From positions 1 through 35,028 of IMG/VR virus record IMGVR_UViG_3300025357_000031: a DNA stretch of 35,028 nt; one strand, given 5' to 3'. This DNA is from a virus. Taxonomy: Duplodnaviria; Caudoviricetes. Shown piece by piece: positions 9,523-17,323 of the stretch; within the stretch, counting starts at the first letter, position 1, and every line of letters begins with the position of its first letter. The notes below the pieces were generated by a model. That model saw nothing but the letters and a program-made list of their open reading frames with translations, was not told where the DNA came from and ran no database searches. Made by a program: the position numbers and the translations under genes.

Positions 9523-9660
9523 AGATAACCGCGCGCAGGATACATAGATAACTTAAGATACTTAGATAACCTTGTATAACTATACATACCTAACCAATAG
9601 AAGGATAACTAAGTAAGACTGTACAGTACCGTGTGCGCGTAGCCTTAAGCATGGATACAA
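9523..9660. repeat. AT-rich iteron-like region, putative replication origin
   Basis: AGATAAC and variants at 9523, 9546, 9556, 9564, 9574, 9603; non-coding; directly upstream of helicase and primase. Confidence 0.45.
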
Positions 9661-9663
9661 AAA

Positions 9664-11154
9664 ATGACAAAAGCGGTTTTAAGAAGTTACCAAACAGACG
9701 CCATCGCCAAATTGCGCAGGTCACTTTTGGAAGGCCACAAGCGGCCAGTGGTCCAGATGCCAACAGGGGCGGGTAAGACGATTGCTGCGGCGGAGATCGT
9801 TCGCATGGCAGTTGCCAAAGGCAAGAGGGTTTTGTTTTGCGTACCCTCGCTTAGCCTGATTGATCAGACCGTTGAGAAGTTTGAACGGCACGACATTTGG
9901 GAGATCGGCGTAATTCAGGCTATGCACGAGCGCACAGATGGGCGCATGCCGGTCCAAGTTTGTTCAGTCCAAACATTAGCTCGCCGTAAAATTCCAAAGG
10001 CTGATTTGGTGATCGTGGACGAGTGCCACGTTTTGTTTAAGTTTTATGATGGCTGGTTCAACAGCGAGGAATGGAAAGATATTCCGGTGGTTGGCTTGAC
10101 CGCGACACCTTGGGCCAAGGGCATGGGTCGGTTGTACGATGATTTGATCATTGGCACGACAACGCAGGAACTAATTGATCAGAAGCATTTATCCGATTTC
10201 AAGGTGTTCGCCCCGTCGTCGCCTGACCTAACCGGCGTGAAGGTTGTCGCTGGGGATTACAACAAGCTTCAATTGGGCAAGGCGATGGATAAAGCTCCGC
10301 TTGTGGCCGATATCATCTCAACTTGGCTTGAGAAGGGAGAAAACCGGCAAACAATCTGTTTCGCGGTCAATCGTGTACACGCCAAGCACATTCAGAACTT
10401 GTTTTTAGAGGCTGGAGTTCCAACAGGTTATATGGATGCGTACACCGATATGTTGGAACGGGCGTCAATCGCTAAGCAGTTTGCTGACGGGGATTTGCGG
10501 ATTGTCTGCAACGTCGGGGTTCTGACGACCGGCGTTGATTGGGATGTTCGGTGTATTATCCTTGCCAGACCAACGAAGTCCGAAATTCTGTACACCCAAA
10601 TGATTGGTCGGGGTCTTAGAACCGCTGAGGGCAAAGATTACTGCCTCGTGTTGGATCACAGCGATACGACCTTGCGGCTTGGATTTGTAACGGATATCTC
10701 ATACGACAAATTGGATGATGGCAAAGGCAAAGGAGTTTCTGAACGTGAAAAAAAGATCGCCCTTCCCAAAGCTTGCTCGAAATGCGCGTTCCTCAAGCCC
10801 CCTCGTACGCCGGTCTGCCCTGCATGTGGTTTCAAGGCTGAGGCTGTTGATACGGTTGAAAGTGTTACAGGTGAGCTGCTTGAACTTACAAGAAATGGAC
10901 AGCAGAAAAGCCCGGCCTACACCACGACCGAAAAGGAAACATTCTTTAACGAGTTGCGTTACTACGCGCAGTCTCGTGGATTTAAAGACGGGTGGGCTTA
11001 TTGGACATACAAGGATAAATTTGGGGTTGGACCTGCTAACACATTCCAAAAGAGAATTGCCTCGCCGTCTCCGGCTACGTTAAGCTGGATCAAACACCGA
11101 AACATTGCAAAGGCCAAACAACGTGACAAACATGAACAGCGTAAAGCGGGCTAA
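9664..11154 (+). CDS. SF2 DEAD/DEAH-box helicase with C-terminal zinc finger
   Basis: PTGAGKT, DECH, GLTATP and QMIGRGLR motifs; CSKC...CPACG. Confidence 0.95.
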   Translation: MTKAVLRSYQTDAIAKLRRSLLEGHKRPVVQMPTGAGKTIAAAEIVRMAVAKGKRVLFCVPSLSLIDQTVEKFERHDIWEIGVIQAMHERTDGRMPVQVCSVQTLARRKIPKADLVIVDECHVLFKFYDGWFNSEEWKDIPVVGLTATPWAKGMGRLYDDLIIGTTTQELIDQKHLSDFKVFAPSSPDLTGVKVVAGDYNKLQLGKAMDKAPLVADIISTWLEKGENRQTICFAVNRVHAKHIQNLFLEAGVPTGYMDAYTDMLERASIAKQFADGDLRIVCNVGVLTTGVDWDVRCIILARPTKSEILYTQMIGRGLRTAEGKDYCLVLDHSDTTLRLGFVTDISYDKLDDGKGKGVSEREKKIALPKACSKCAFLKPPRTPVCPACGFKAEAVDTVESVTGELLELTRNGQQKSPAYTTTEKETFFNELRYYAQSRGFKDGWAYWTYKDKFGVGPANTFQKRIASPSPATLSWIKHRNIAKAKQRDKHEQRKAG

Positions 11155-12052
11155 AGATATCGCCAAAGGGCATTGGAAGCAGTTGCTACCGCAGCTAGGC
11201 GTAGATGCCAAATACCTCACGGGCAAACACGGGCCATGCCCAGCTTGTGGCGGAAAGGATCGCTTCCGGTTTACCGACCGAAACGACGAGGGGATGTATT
11301 TCTGCTCAGCTTGTGGTGCAAACGATGGGTTCAAACTTGCGGAAATCGTTACGGGCAAGTCGTTCAAACAGATTGCCGATGAGATTTCCGACATTCTAGG
11401 ACAGCCGACATCAGGGGTAAAGAAAGTGGATAGTCAGTCGGAGGTCAATAGACAGGCGATTAAACGCATTTGGGAAGCCTCCTGTCGCCCTTCTAAGGGT
11501 GGTCCGGTGTCCAAGTACATGGAAAGGCGTTTTGGGCTTAATTGGGCTTCCCACGCGCTTCGTGAGTTCATCGGCAAGAAACACAACCTGATGGTGTCAA
11601 AGATTGTGGGGCCAGATGACAAAGCGCACAATGTTCACCTGACTTACCTCGACAATGACGGCAACAGGGCAAAGATTGAAATCACCAAACGAATCATGTC
11701 AGGGCAAGTTCCACAAGGGTCATCTGTCCGACTTGCACCGGCTGACTATCACATGGGTGTAGCTGAGGGAATCGAGACAGCCATCGCTGCGTCGGTTATC
11801 CATCGCATACCGGTATGGTCAGCTTTGAACGCGCACAATCTCGCTAAATGGGTTCCGCCAGCGATAGCAAAGCGCATCACGATCTTTGGTGACAATGATG
11901 CGAGCTTTACCGGCCATGCAGCGGCCTATTCGCTGGCAAGGCGTCTCCGGCTTCAACACAAGCTTGAGGTGGAAGTGCTTATTCCTGAGACTGTAGGGCA
12001 GGATTGGGCAGATGTTCTGGCTGTGGTCGCCAAGGGTCAAGACCGGCGATAA
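11132..12052 (+). CDS. Primase-like protein (P4 alpha-type zinc-binding domain plus TOPRIM)
   Basis: HGPCPACGGKDRFRF...CSACG; VAEGIETA, FGDND and QDWADV motifs. Confidence 0.9.
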   Translation: MNSVKRAKDIAKGHWKQLLPQLGVDAKYLTGKHGPCPACGGKDRFRFTDRNDEGMYFCSACGANDGFKLAEIVTGKSFKQIADEISDILGQPTSGVKKVDSQSEVNRQAIKRIWEASCRPSKGGPVSKYMERRFGLNWASHALREFIGKKHNLMVSKIVGPDDKAHNVHLTYLDNDGNRAKIEITKRIMSGQVPQGSSVRLAPADYHMGVAEGIETAIAASVIHRIPVWSALNAHNLAKWVPPAIAKRITIFGDNDASFTGHAAAYSLARRLRLQHKLEVEVLIPETVGQDWADVLAVVAKGQDRR

Positions 12053-12212
12053 CGGCGGCTGCAATCAGATCGACGTAAGCAGGGCATCCCACCTTTTTCC
12101 AATGAGAAATTGATTGCCGTGTTACGCCCATTGCCTTGGCAAGTTGATAGTTGGCCGCACCAAACTCAAACTTGATATGATCAGTGAACGCTGTGAACTC
12201 AGGACCAGTCAT
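11979..12212 (-). CDS. Small HTH protein
   Basis: LAKAMGVTRQSISHWKK; start taken at ATG 12212. Confidence 0.65.
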   Translation of the reverse strand: MTGPEFTAFTDHIKFEFGAANYQLAKAMGVTRQSISHWKKVGCPAYVDLIAAAVIAGLDPWRPQPEHLPNPALQSQE

Positions 12213-12295
12213 AGATTTTAACCCTATTTTGTTAAGCACTTGTCATTTCTGTAGTTGTATGTATTTTGCACACAACGTCAACGGAGATGTTTAAG

Positions 12296-13246
12296 ATGCC
12301 CCCAAGGCCCGTATCAAAAGAAGTTCTTGAAGAATTATTCCGAACTTTCCACAAAAATCGCCGCAGCATTCAAGCGACAGCAATGATGCTCGGTATGCCA
12401 AGATCAACGGTTCGGTCCCGTCTTGATACAATTATCCGAGAATATCCCCAATGGATCGAACAATACGAAAAAGGCTTAAAAACAGCCGTACAGGATGAAT
12501 GGCTTTATCCTCAAGTTCTAACACACGAAATTAAAAACTCGACCGTGATTGTGGGGGGCGATGCCCATATCTGGCCGGGACCGCCGACCGTTATGATGCA
12601 AGCATTTGCTAAAGTTGCGAAAATGATCATGCCCGACACGATTGTGCTAAATGGCGACATCATTGACGGAGCAAGAGTTTCTAGGCATGGCGCAACGCTT
12701 GGGTCAAATGCACCTAAAGTGTCGGCTGAAATTGATGCCGCTTTGAACTGGGTTAGAACTTTTCCCAAATGTTCGCGCCGAATCTTTACGATTGGCAACC
12801 ATGACATCCGCGTGGATAACTATTTGGCGAATCAGGCTAACGAGCTTGATGAATATACCGGAAAACTGTCCGACCGTTTCCCAATGTGGGAATTTTGCTT
12901 TGCTTTAACGATCAATGAATGCGTCGAAATCCGGCATCGATTCCGGTCTGGCGTTCATGCTGCCTACAACAACGCAGTCGTCTCTGGGTGGACTACTGTA
13001 ACGAATCACACCCACGCGCAACAGATGACGGCAGTGCGCAATCGCTTGGGAACCCATTGGGGCGTTGAGACGGGGATGCTAGGCGATCCTAACCATAAAT
13101 CAATGCAATACGGCGAAGGCACTCCGAGTCGCGCCCACACCGGATTTGCAGTCCTTACATTTGACGAAGCTGGAATACTGATGCCACCGGAGTTTTGCCA
13201 GTCGGTGAACGGGCGGCCAGTTTTTCGGGGTGAGTACGTACTATAA
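12296..13246 (+). CDS. Calcineurin-like metallophosphoesterase with N-terminal HTH
   Basis: GDAH, LNGDIID, IGNHD and HTH(AQ) metal-binding motifs; N-terminal TAMMLGMPRSTVRSRL helix-turn-helix; GGAG 9 nt upstream of ATG 12296. Confidence 0.85.
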   Translation: MPPRPVSKEVLEELFRTFHKNRRSIQATAMMLGMPRSTVRSRLDTIIREYPQWIEQYEKGLKTAVQDEWLYPQVLTHEIKNSTVIVGGDAHIWPGPPTVMMQAFAKVAKMIMPDTIVLNGDIIDGARVSRHGATLGSNAPKVSAEIDAALNWVRTFPKCSRRIFTIGNHDIRVDNYLANQANELDEYTGKLSDRFPMWEFCFALTINECVEIRHRFRSGVHAAYNNAVVSGWTTVTNHTHAQQMTAVRNRLGTHWGVETGMLGDPNHKSMQYGEGTPSRAHTGFAVLTFDEAGILMPPEFCQSVNGRPVFRGEYVL

Positions 13247-13688
13247 ACACGTCCTCGAAATGATGACGGCACCATGATGATTCGCGATATACGGATGCAC
13301 CGCAACACTTGATTTTGTGGGCATCCTTACTCGTGTTTAGGATGTACTTGCAATGTTGCCTCGTTGTCTCGAAGTAAGAGATGCCACCTTCTGGCGGAGG
13401 GGGTTCTTCCACGATTGGCGTAAATAAGTTTATTTGTACCGTAGGGATTTTCTTAGGACGTGGTTCAGTATGGGGACGCTGAGGCTTGCCAATCTTTGTG
13501 CCTCTTTCCGTGCGATAACGCTTAAGCTCCGGCATCTTCCGGCGAAGTCTAAACACAAGGCCAAGGATGCTATTCCGCGTCCTATCATTGCCAAGGCGTT
13601 CTGCAATCAAAACTGCGCTTTTGCCTTCTTGCCACATTTCAATAACGATCTTTACATCGTCATCGGTAAAAGGTGTCACCTTGTTCAT
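13155..13688 (-). CDS. gcrA: GcrA cell-cycle regulator homolog
   Basis: FTDDDV...MWQEGKSA..IAERLG..TRNSILGLVFRL N-domain and CKY...CGA....SWCRHH C-domain. Confidence 0.8.
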   Translation of the reverse strand: MNKVTPFTDDDVKIVIEMWQEGKSAVLIAERLGNDRTRNSILGLVFRLRRKMPELKRYRTERGTKIGKPQRPHTEPRPKKIPTVQINLFTPIVEEPPPPEGGISYFETTRQHCKYILNTSKDAHKIKCCGASVYRESSWCRHHFEDVFIVRTHPEKLAARSPTGKTPVASVFQLRQM

Positions 13689-13927
13689 TTGCTAAGCTCC
13701 TCAAATAATTGGTTAATATCGTTTTCACGCTGTTTGCATGAGCATATTTTAACATTGGTTAATTCTTTGCGAAGCCGTTCAATCTCGTCGGCGGCTTTTT
13801 GAAAAGCATCCCAATAAAGTCGCGATTCTTTCAGCCGCCGTTCAATCTCGTATTTAGCTTCCAGAGCGATGGCCTCTGCTTTCATATCGTTTTCTGCCCA
13901 TTGCGCTAACCGTTCAACGATATCCAT
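13685..13927 (-). CDS. MDIVERL/AADEIERLR paralog D
   Basis: MDIVERL start, AADEIERLR motif, TGATG coupling. Confidence 0.75.
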   Translation of the reverse strand: MDIVERLAQWAENDMKAEAIALEAKYEIERRLKESRLYWDAFQKAADEIERLRKELTNVKICSCKQRENDINQLFEELSK

Positions 13928-14169
13928 CACTCACCCTCCTTCAGTGCCTTTTCAGCAAGACCAACTGCCATTGCTAGAACAATCCATGTCACGCCTTCAT
14001 TAGATGTTTGGGGCGTAGGTATGTCTTCATGCTCAATGTCTGCAATTTGTTGCAAAACACCACGCAATTTTTCAATCGTATTGGCGGCTTCATCAAAGAT
14101 GTCATTGTTGCCCCAACCAACAGATACCCAAGTGGCAGCACGTTTCCGTAACCGTTCTACAATATCCAT
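13927..14169 (-). CDS. MDIVERL/AADEIERLR paralog C
   Basis: MDIVERLR...EAANTIEKLR...ALKEGE. Confidence 0.75.
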   Translation of the reverse strand: MDIVERLRKRAATWVSVGWGNNDIFDEAANTIEKLRGVLQQIADIEHEDIPTPQTSNEGVTWIVLAMAVGLAEKALKEGE

Positions 14170-14510
14170 CACTCATCCTCCTTCAGTGCGTCAGCAATTA
14201 TCTTCAACAACGTCTTTTTAATCGCAGAGTAGGTGGTCACCCACTGATTGATGCCCCTATCTAAATCGGTTAATGCTTTACGCAGCCGATCAATTTCGTT
14301 GGCGGCTTCATTTGGCCGATCTTTTGGCCGATCTTTTGCGGCCTCCCGTAGTCGTTCAATCTCATTGGCGGCATCGGTAATTGTTTTTGGCATGAGCCGT
14401 AACGCTTCCCGCAACCGTTCAATCTCTTCAGCGGCTTCTTTTGAAATGTCAGCGGCATCATTTGGATAATATATAAAATCCAATTTCCGCAACCGTTCAA
14501 CAATATCCAT
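14169..14510 (-). CDS. MDIVERL/AADEIERLR paralog B (three internal repeats)
   Basis: MDIVERLR; three copies of AAxEI(E/D)RLR; ends ALKEDE. Confidence 0.75.
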   Translation of the reverse strand: MDIVERLRKLDFIYYPNDAADISKEAAEEIERLREALRLMPKTITDAANEIERLREAAKDRPKDRPNEAANEIDRLRKALTDLDRGINQWVTTYSAIKKTLLKIIADALKEDE

Positions 14511-14794
14511 CACTTACCCTCCTCCAATGCGGCATAATGATCTTTTATATATTGGCGAAAGTCTCCATCATTTAACGCCAAATCCGCAACTTCTCTCATC
14601 TTTTTAATTTGACTATGAGGATTTGAAATACTCGTAGGATACCATCCCCAAATAACAGATAATGCTTCCCGCAACCGTTCAATCTCGTCGGCCATTTCAC
14701 GCACGACTTTTATGCGTTGCAATTCATGCGTTTGAAAAGGCTGACCAGTTGTTTCTAACGGGAAATGTTGCCTTGCTTTTTCAAGAATATCCAT
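14510..14794 (-). CDS. MDIVERL/AADEIERLR paralog A
   Basis: MDILEK...MADEIERLREAL...ALEEGK. Confidence 0.7.
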   Translation of the reverse strand: MDILEKARQHFPLETTGQPFQTHELQRIKVVREMADEIERLREALSVIWGWYPTSISNPHSQIKKMREVADLALNDGDFRQYIKDHYAALEEGK

Positions 14795-14910
14795 CACCAA
14801 ATCACCTCCCCATTAACGACAATATGCTCATACCAGCGGTCGCCATCCTCGTTTTCCCACAGCGCCCAGACGTTGTTTGGTTTGTACTCGTATCGGATTA
14901 GGGTCTTCAT
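14794..14910 (-). CDS. 38-aa hypothetical protein (not in ORF track)
   Basis: MKTLIRYEYKPNNVWALWENEDGDRWYEHIVVNGEVIW; ATGA overlap upstream and TGATG overlap downstream. Confidence 0.65.
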   Translation of the reverse strand: MKTLIRYEYKPNNVWALWENEDGDRWYEHIVVNGEVIW

Positions 14911-16307
14911 TGTGTGTCCTTTTGCATGTGTTTTTGTATGCGTTTCCCAAGCCATGCCATAACTGGTACGGCCATGCTATTGCCAAGGGCTTTATATCGA
15001 GGACTATCCGCCGCGTTAGGGATGGAGGTATAATCATCAGGGAAACCCTGTAGACGTTCGCACTCCCGTGGGGTCAGTCGGCGGACGGCCATTGATTGCA
15101 TGACAGTTGGACCACTATCATTAACGCTACTACCACTTGTTCCCAAAGTAGCCGCAATATTTCCAGTTATAGACCCATTAAAACAATCTGTTCCAATAGA
15201 CTGCATGACCGCTGGTAAAGGATGACCTCCTCCCGATGGCGACCCCTTTAACAATGGGCCAGTTGGATCATCCACACTATGCGCATTAAACTCATAATCA
15301 ATGGCGAACACATTCTCACCGCCATTGTTACGGCCTTGTGCAAACGCAATGTCTGAAACGCATGGGTCTTGTGTTCCATGAACAACCATTGGTTGCGCTA
15401 TATAGGTCGTGCTTTCGTGTTTATCGGCCTTTGATGCGCCAGAGCGTAGGCAATGACCAAGATCGGGGTTTTCACCAACGCCAAATGGAATCGGTTGTGC
15501 AACACAAAAATCTAACTCATTCGCATTGCCAGCCGGACGAGTTAAACCGCCCGTATTAGATGTTAATGTTTCAGACACATTTGAATTTGTAACTACGGGC
15601 AAGGTTTCTGTTTCTGGGTCGTAACGCTGACCAACGCCTGTCGTAAGGCACTTGGCAGTGTTTTGCCCCTTTTCTCTGCCCGGCGGAGTATCCCGGCGCA
15701 AGCCTTCGCGCTCAAAAAGAACTTCTGCGGGATCGAAGTCGTCTCTAGAACTTGCGATAACGAACACACGACGGCGTCGTTGGGCCACTCCGAAATATTG
15801 GGCATCAAGGATGCGCCACGCTGCACGTCTTTTCGGTCCCACAACCATACCCGCGTTTGTCCATTTGCCCCCTGTCGGGACGAGGGGTTCATCGTTTCCC
15901 ACAAGGGCGCCGAGGAAGCATCCAAAGGCGTTGTCTTTGACTGAGAGGACGCCGGGGACATTTTCCCAGACGATGATGGTTCCAATACGTCGAAGATCGT
16001 CAATTGCATCTGCTAATCTCACAAATTCAAGGGTTAGATTGCCTCGATCATCATCTAAGCTATTACGCAGTCCTGCAACGGAGAACGCCTGACATGGTGT
16101 GCCGCCAACAAGGATGTCTGCATCTTTAATCCAATCTTGTTCTCTCAGTACGGTAAAATCACCTTCCAAACGAACATCTGGATAATGATATGACAATACC
16201 TTGCGTGGGAATGGTTCAATCTCACTGAAAGCCAATGCCTCCCATTTTAAAGGATGCCAAGCAACAGTTGCCGCTTCAATCCCGGAGCAAACCGACAAAT
16301 AACGCAT
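14907..16307 (-). CDS. DNA (cytosine-5)-methyltransferase with long variable region
   Basis: CSGI (I), GGTPCQ (IV), WENVPG (VI), QRRRR (VIII), RRLTPRECERLQGFP (IX), YKALGNS (X). Confidence 0.95.
   Translation of the reverse strand: MRYLSVCSGIEAATVAWHPLKWEALAFSEIEPFPRKVLSYHYPDVRLEGDFTVLREQDWIKDADILVGGTPCQAFSVAGLRNSLDDDRGNLTLEFVRLADAIDDLRRIGTIIVWENVPGVLSVKDNAFGCFLGALVGNDEPLVPTGGKWTNAGMVVGPKRRAAWRILDAQYFGVAQRRRRVFVIASSRDDFDPAEVLFEREGLRRDTPPGREKGQNTAKCLTTGVGQRYDPETETLPVVTNSNVSETLTSNTGGLTRPAGNANELDFCVAQPIPFGVGENPDLGHCLRSGASKADKHESTTYIAQPMVVHGTQDPCVSDIAFAQGRNNGGENVFAIDYEFNAHSVDDPTGPLLKGSPSGGGHPLPAVMQSIGTDCFNGSITGNIAATLGTSGSSVNDSGPTVMQSMAVRRLTPRECERLQGFPDDYTSIPNAADSPRYKALGNSMAVPVMAWLGKRIQKHMQKDTQ
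15593..16009 (-). CDS. Nested same-strand out-of-frame ORF inside the methyltransferase (M.EcoHK31I beta-like)
   Basis: 138 aa with ATG start; EWPNDAVVCSLSQVLE...FLSAKACAGILRRAEKRGKTLP resembles, from memory, the EcoHK31I beta polypeptide. Confidence 0.6.
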   Translation of the reverse strand: MQLTIFDVLEPSSSGKMSPASSQSKTTPLDASSAPLWETMNPSSRQGANGQTRVWLWDRKDVQRGASLMPNISEWPNDAVVCSLSQVLETTSIPQKFFLSAKACAGILRRAEKRGKTLPSALRQALVSVTTQKQKPCP

Positions 16308-16645
16308 TATGGAGTATCTTTCATGGCTTCAATAGCACCACGAAGCCGAATAATGGTTTCGACATTGTTAAACGTTTCGCGATCTTCAGGCGTGTTGAAA
16401 AAATCTAGAATATCCTCCAGTGCTTTACTGAGACGGATCGAGCGTTGGATAGCGTCATGCATTTCACCGTTTTGCTGGCGGATAATGTCGCGCATGATAT
16501 CATTTTCGCAACGCAGTTCGATCAGGTTGTCAATGGTTATAGCATCAGCATATCGCGGGTTGAGGTTTGTCATATTATCCTCTTTCGGTGGGTATGGCCC
16601 CAGCCAACGAATGACTGGGGCGCTTTGTTTGTTGTTTTCAGCCAT
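16307..16645 (-). CDS. Hypothetical coiled-coil protein (alternative start 16573)
   Basis: TAATG coupling to the MTase; ATG 16645 overlaps the upstream gene end; GAGG precedes ATG 16573. Confidence 0.55.
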   Translation of the reverse strand: MAENNKQSAPVIRWLGPYPPKEDNMTNLNPRYADAITIDNLIELRCENDIMRDIIRQQNGEMHDAIQRSIRLSKALEDILDFFNTPEDRETFNNVETIIRLRGAIEAMKDTP

Positions 16646-16859
16646 GCTTCTTTGCATTCTTACGAACGCGCACAAGGTTAAACCCAGCATAGCTATTGCC
16701 GCCTTTGCTAGTCCAAGCAGTGGGCGACCACTTGACGTCACCATACCGGCCTTGAACTGCGCCGTGAATCGGGCGTTTACCTCCACAGTTGTAATTGTAG
16801 ATGATAACATCTTGGCCATTAGCGGCGCGATATATTGCTGTTGGGTCAAATTTCGGCAT
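16638..16859 (-). CDS. Hypothetical phage protein
   Basis: 73 aa, YRAANG...IY...PIHGA...W...G pattern; RBS AAGGA; overlaps both neighbours. Confidence 0.6.
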   Translation of the reverse strand: MPKFDPTAIYRAANGQDVIIYNYNCGGKRPIHGAVQGRYGDVKWSPTAWTSKGGNSYAGFNLVRVRKNAKKHG

Positions 16860-17181
16860 TTTTCGTTCCTTTCCGTGAAATTTTGCCGCCTCGTGATGCT
16901 GCTTCTCGTGCCTTATCAGGGTTTTGAGAGAACCAGCGTTTTTCCCTAGGTTGACTTGCGCCTCCCTTAGAAGAAAGTGCTTTATGCCGTTCGGCTGTCA
17001 TGCTGGCGAAACCGCCGCGCTTTTTGCCATTAGGAGCCTCTACAACGGCCAATGATGGCTCTGGGGTAGTTTGTACCATATCAACCACAGGAGCCGCCTC
17101 AACGGGCTTCGCTGTGGCTTTGCGAACGGGTTTTGGCTTTGCAGCCGGTTTAGGTTCAACGGGAGCCGTTTTAATGGCCAT
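16846..17181 (-). CDS. KGG-repeat (general stress-like) protein
   Basis: GFASMTAERHKALSSKGG and FSQNPDKAREAASRGG repeats after a K/P/A-rich N-terminus. Confidence 0.75.
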   Translation of the reverse strand: MAIKTAPVEPKPAAKPKPVRKATAKPVEAAPVVDMVQTTPEPSLAVVEAPNGKKRGGFASMTAERHKALSSKGGASQPREKRWFSQNPDKAREAASRGGKISRKGTKNAEI

Positions 17182-17323
17182 TTGGTTTATCTTTCGTAAC
17201 ATTGACGCACACAAGGTACGCAGGTGATGACGCGATGGGAGGCTGACGCATTATCAGCCACACCCTGACGCGAGGCCCGGACAGGTCTCGCGTCTTCCGT
17301 TTGATGATCCAAGGCAGGATCAT
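17171..17323 (-). CDS. Possible 50-aa ORF overlapping strong hairpins
   Basis: ATGA overlap with the upstream stop, and its stop overlaps the KGG gene start; no recognisable motif. Confidence 0.3.
   Translation of the reverse strand: MILPWIIKRKTRDLSGPRVRVWLIMRQPPIASSPAYLVCVNVTKDKPNGH

Noticed and set aside
12218-12235. CtrA box
   Set aside because: TTAA half-sites are 10 bp apart rather than 7; other candidates (about 22189 and 32836) are half-sites or mismatched
13685-14794. Diversity-generating retroelement or integron
   Set aside because: No reverse transcriptase or integrase in the window, no adenine-specific TR/VR pair, no attC-like palindromes; the repeats are coding
15090-15670. Intein in the methyltransferase
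   Set aside because: No C-terminal HN-C/S/T splice motif or LAGLIDADG block; the region sits where target-recognition domains belong
16646-16849. N-terminal extension of ORF 16307-16849
   Set aside because: Fully overlaps the better-supported 16638-16859 gene; later starts fit translational coupling
15652-16949. + strand ORFs 15652-16092, 15663-15944 and 16254-16949
   Set aside because: Antisense shadows of a tightly coupled minus-strand operon
17240-17300. Hammerhead ribozyme
   Set aside because: The CUGANGA and GAAA core is not present in the correct arrangement
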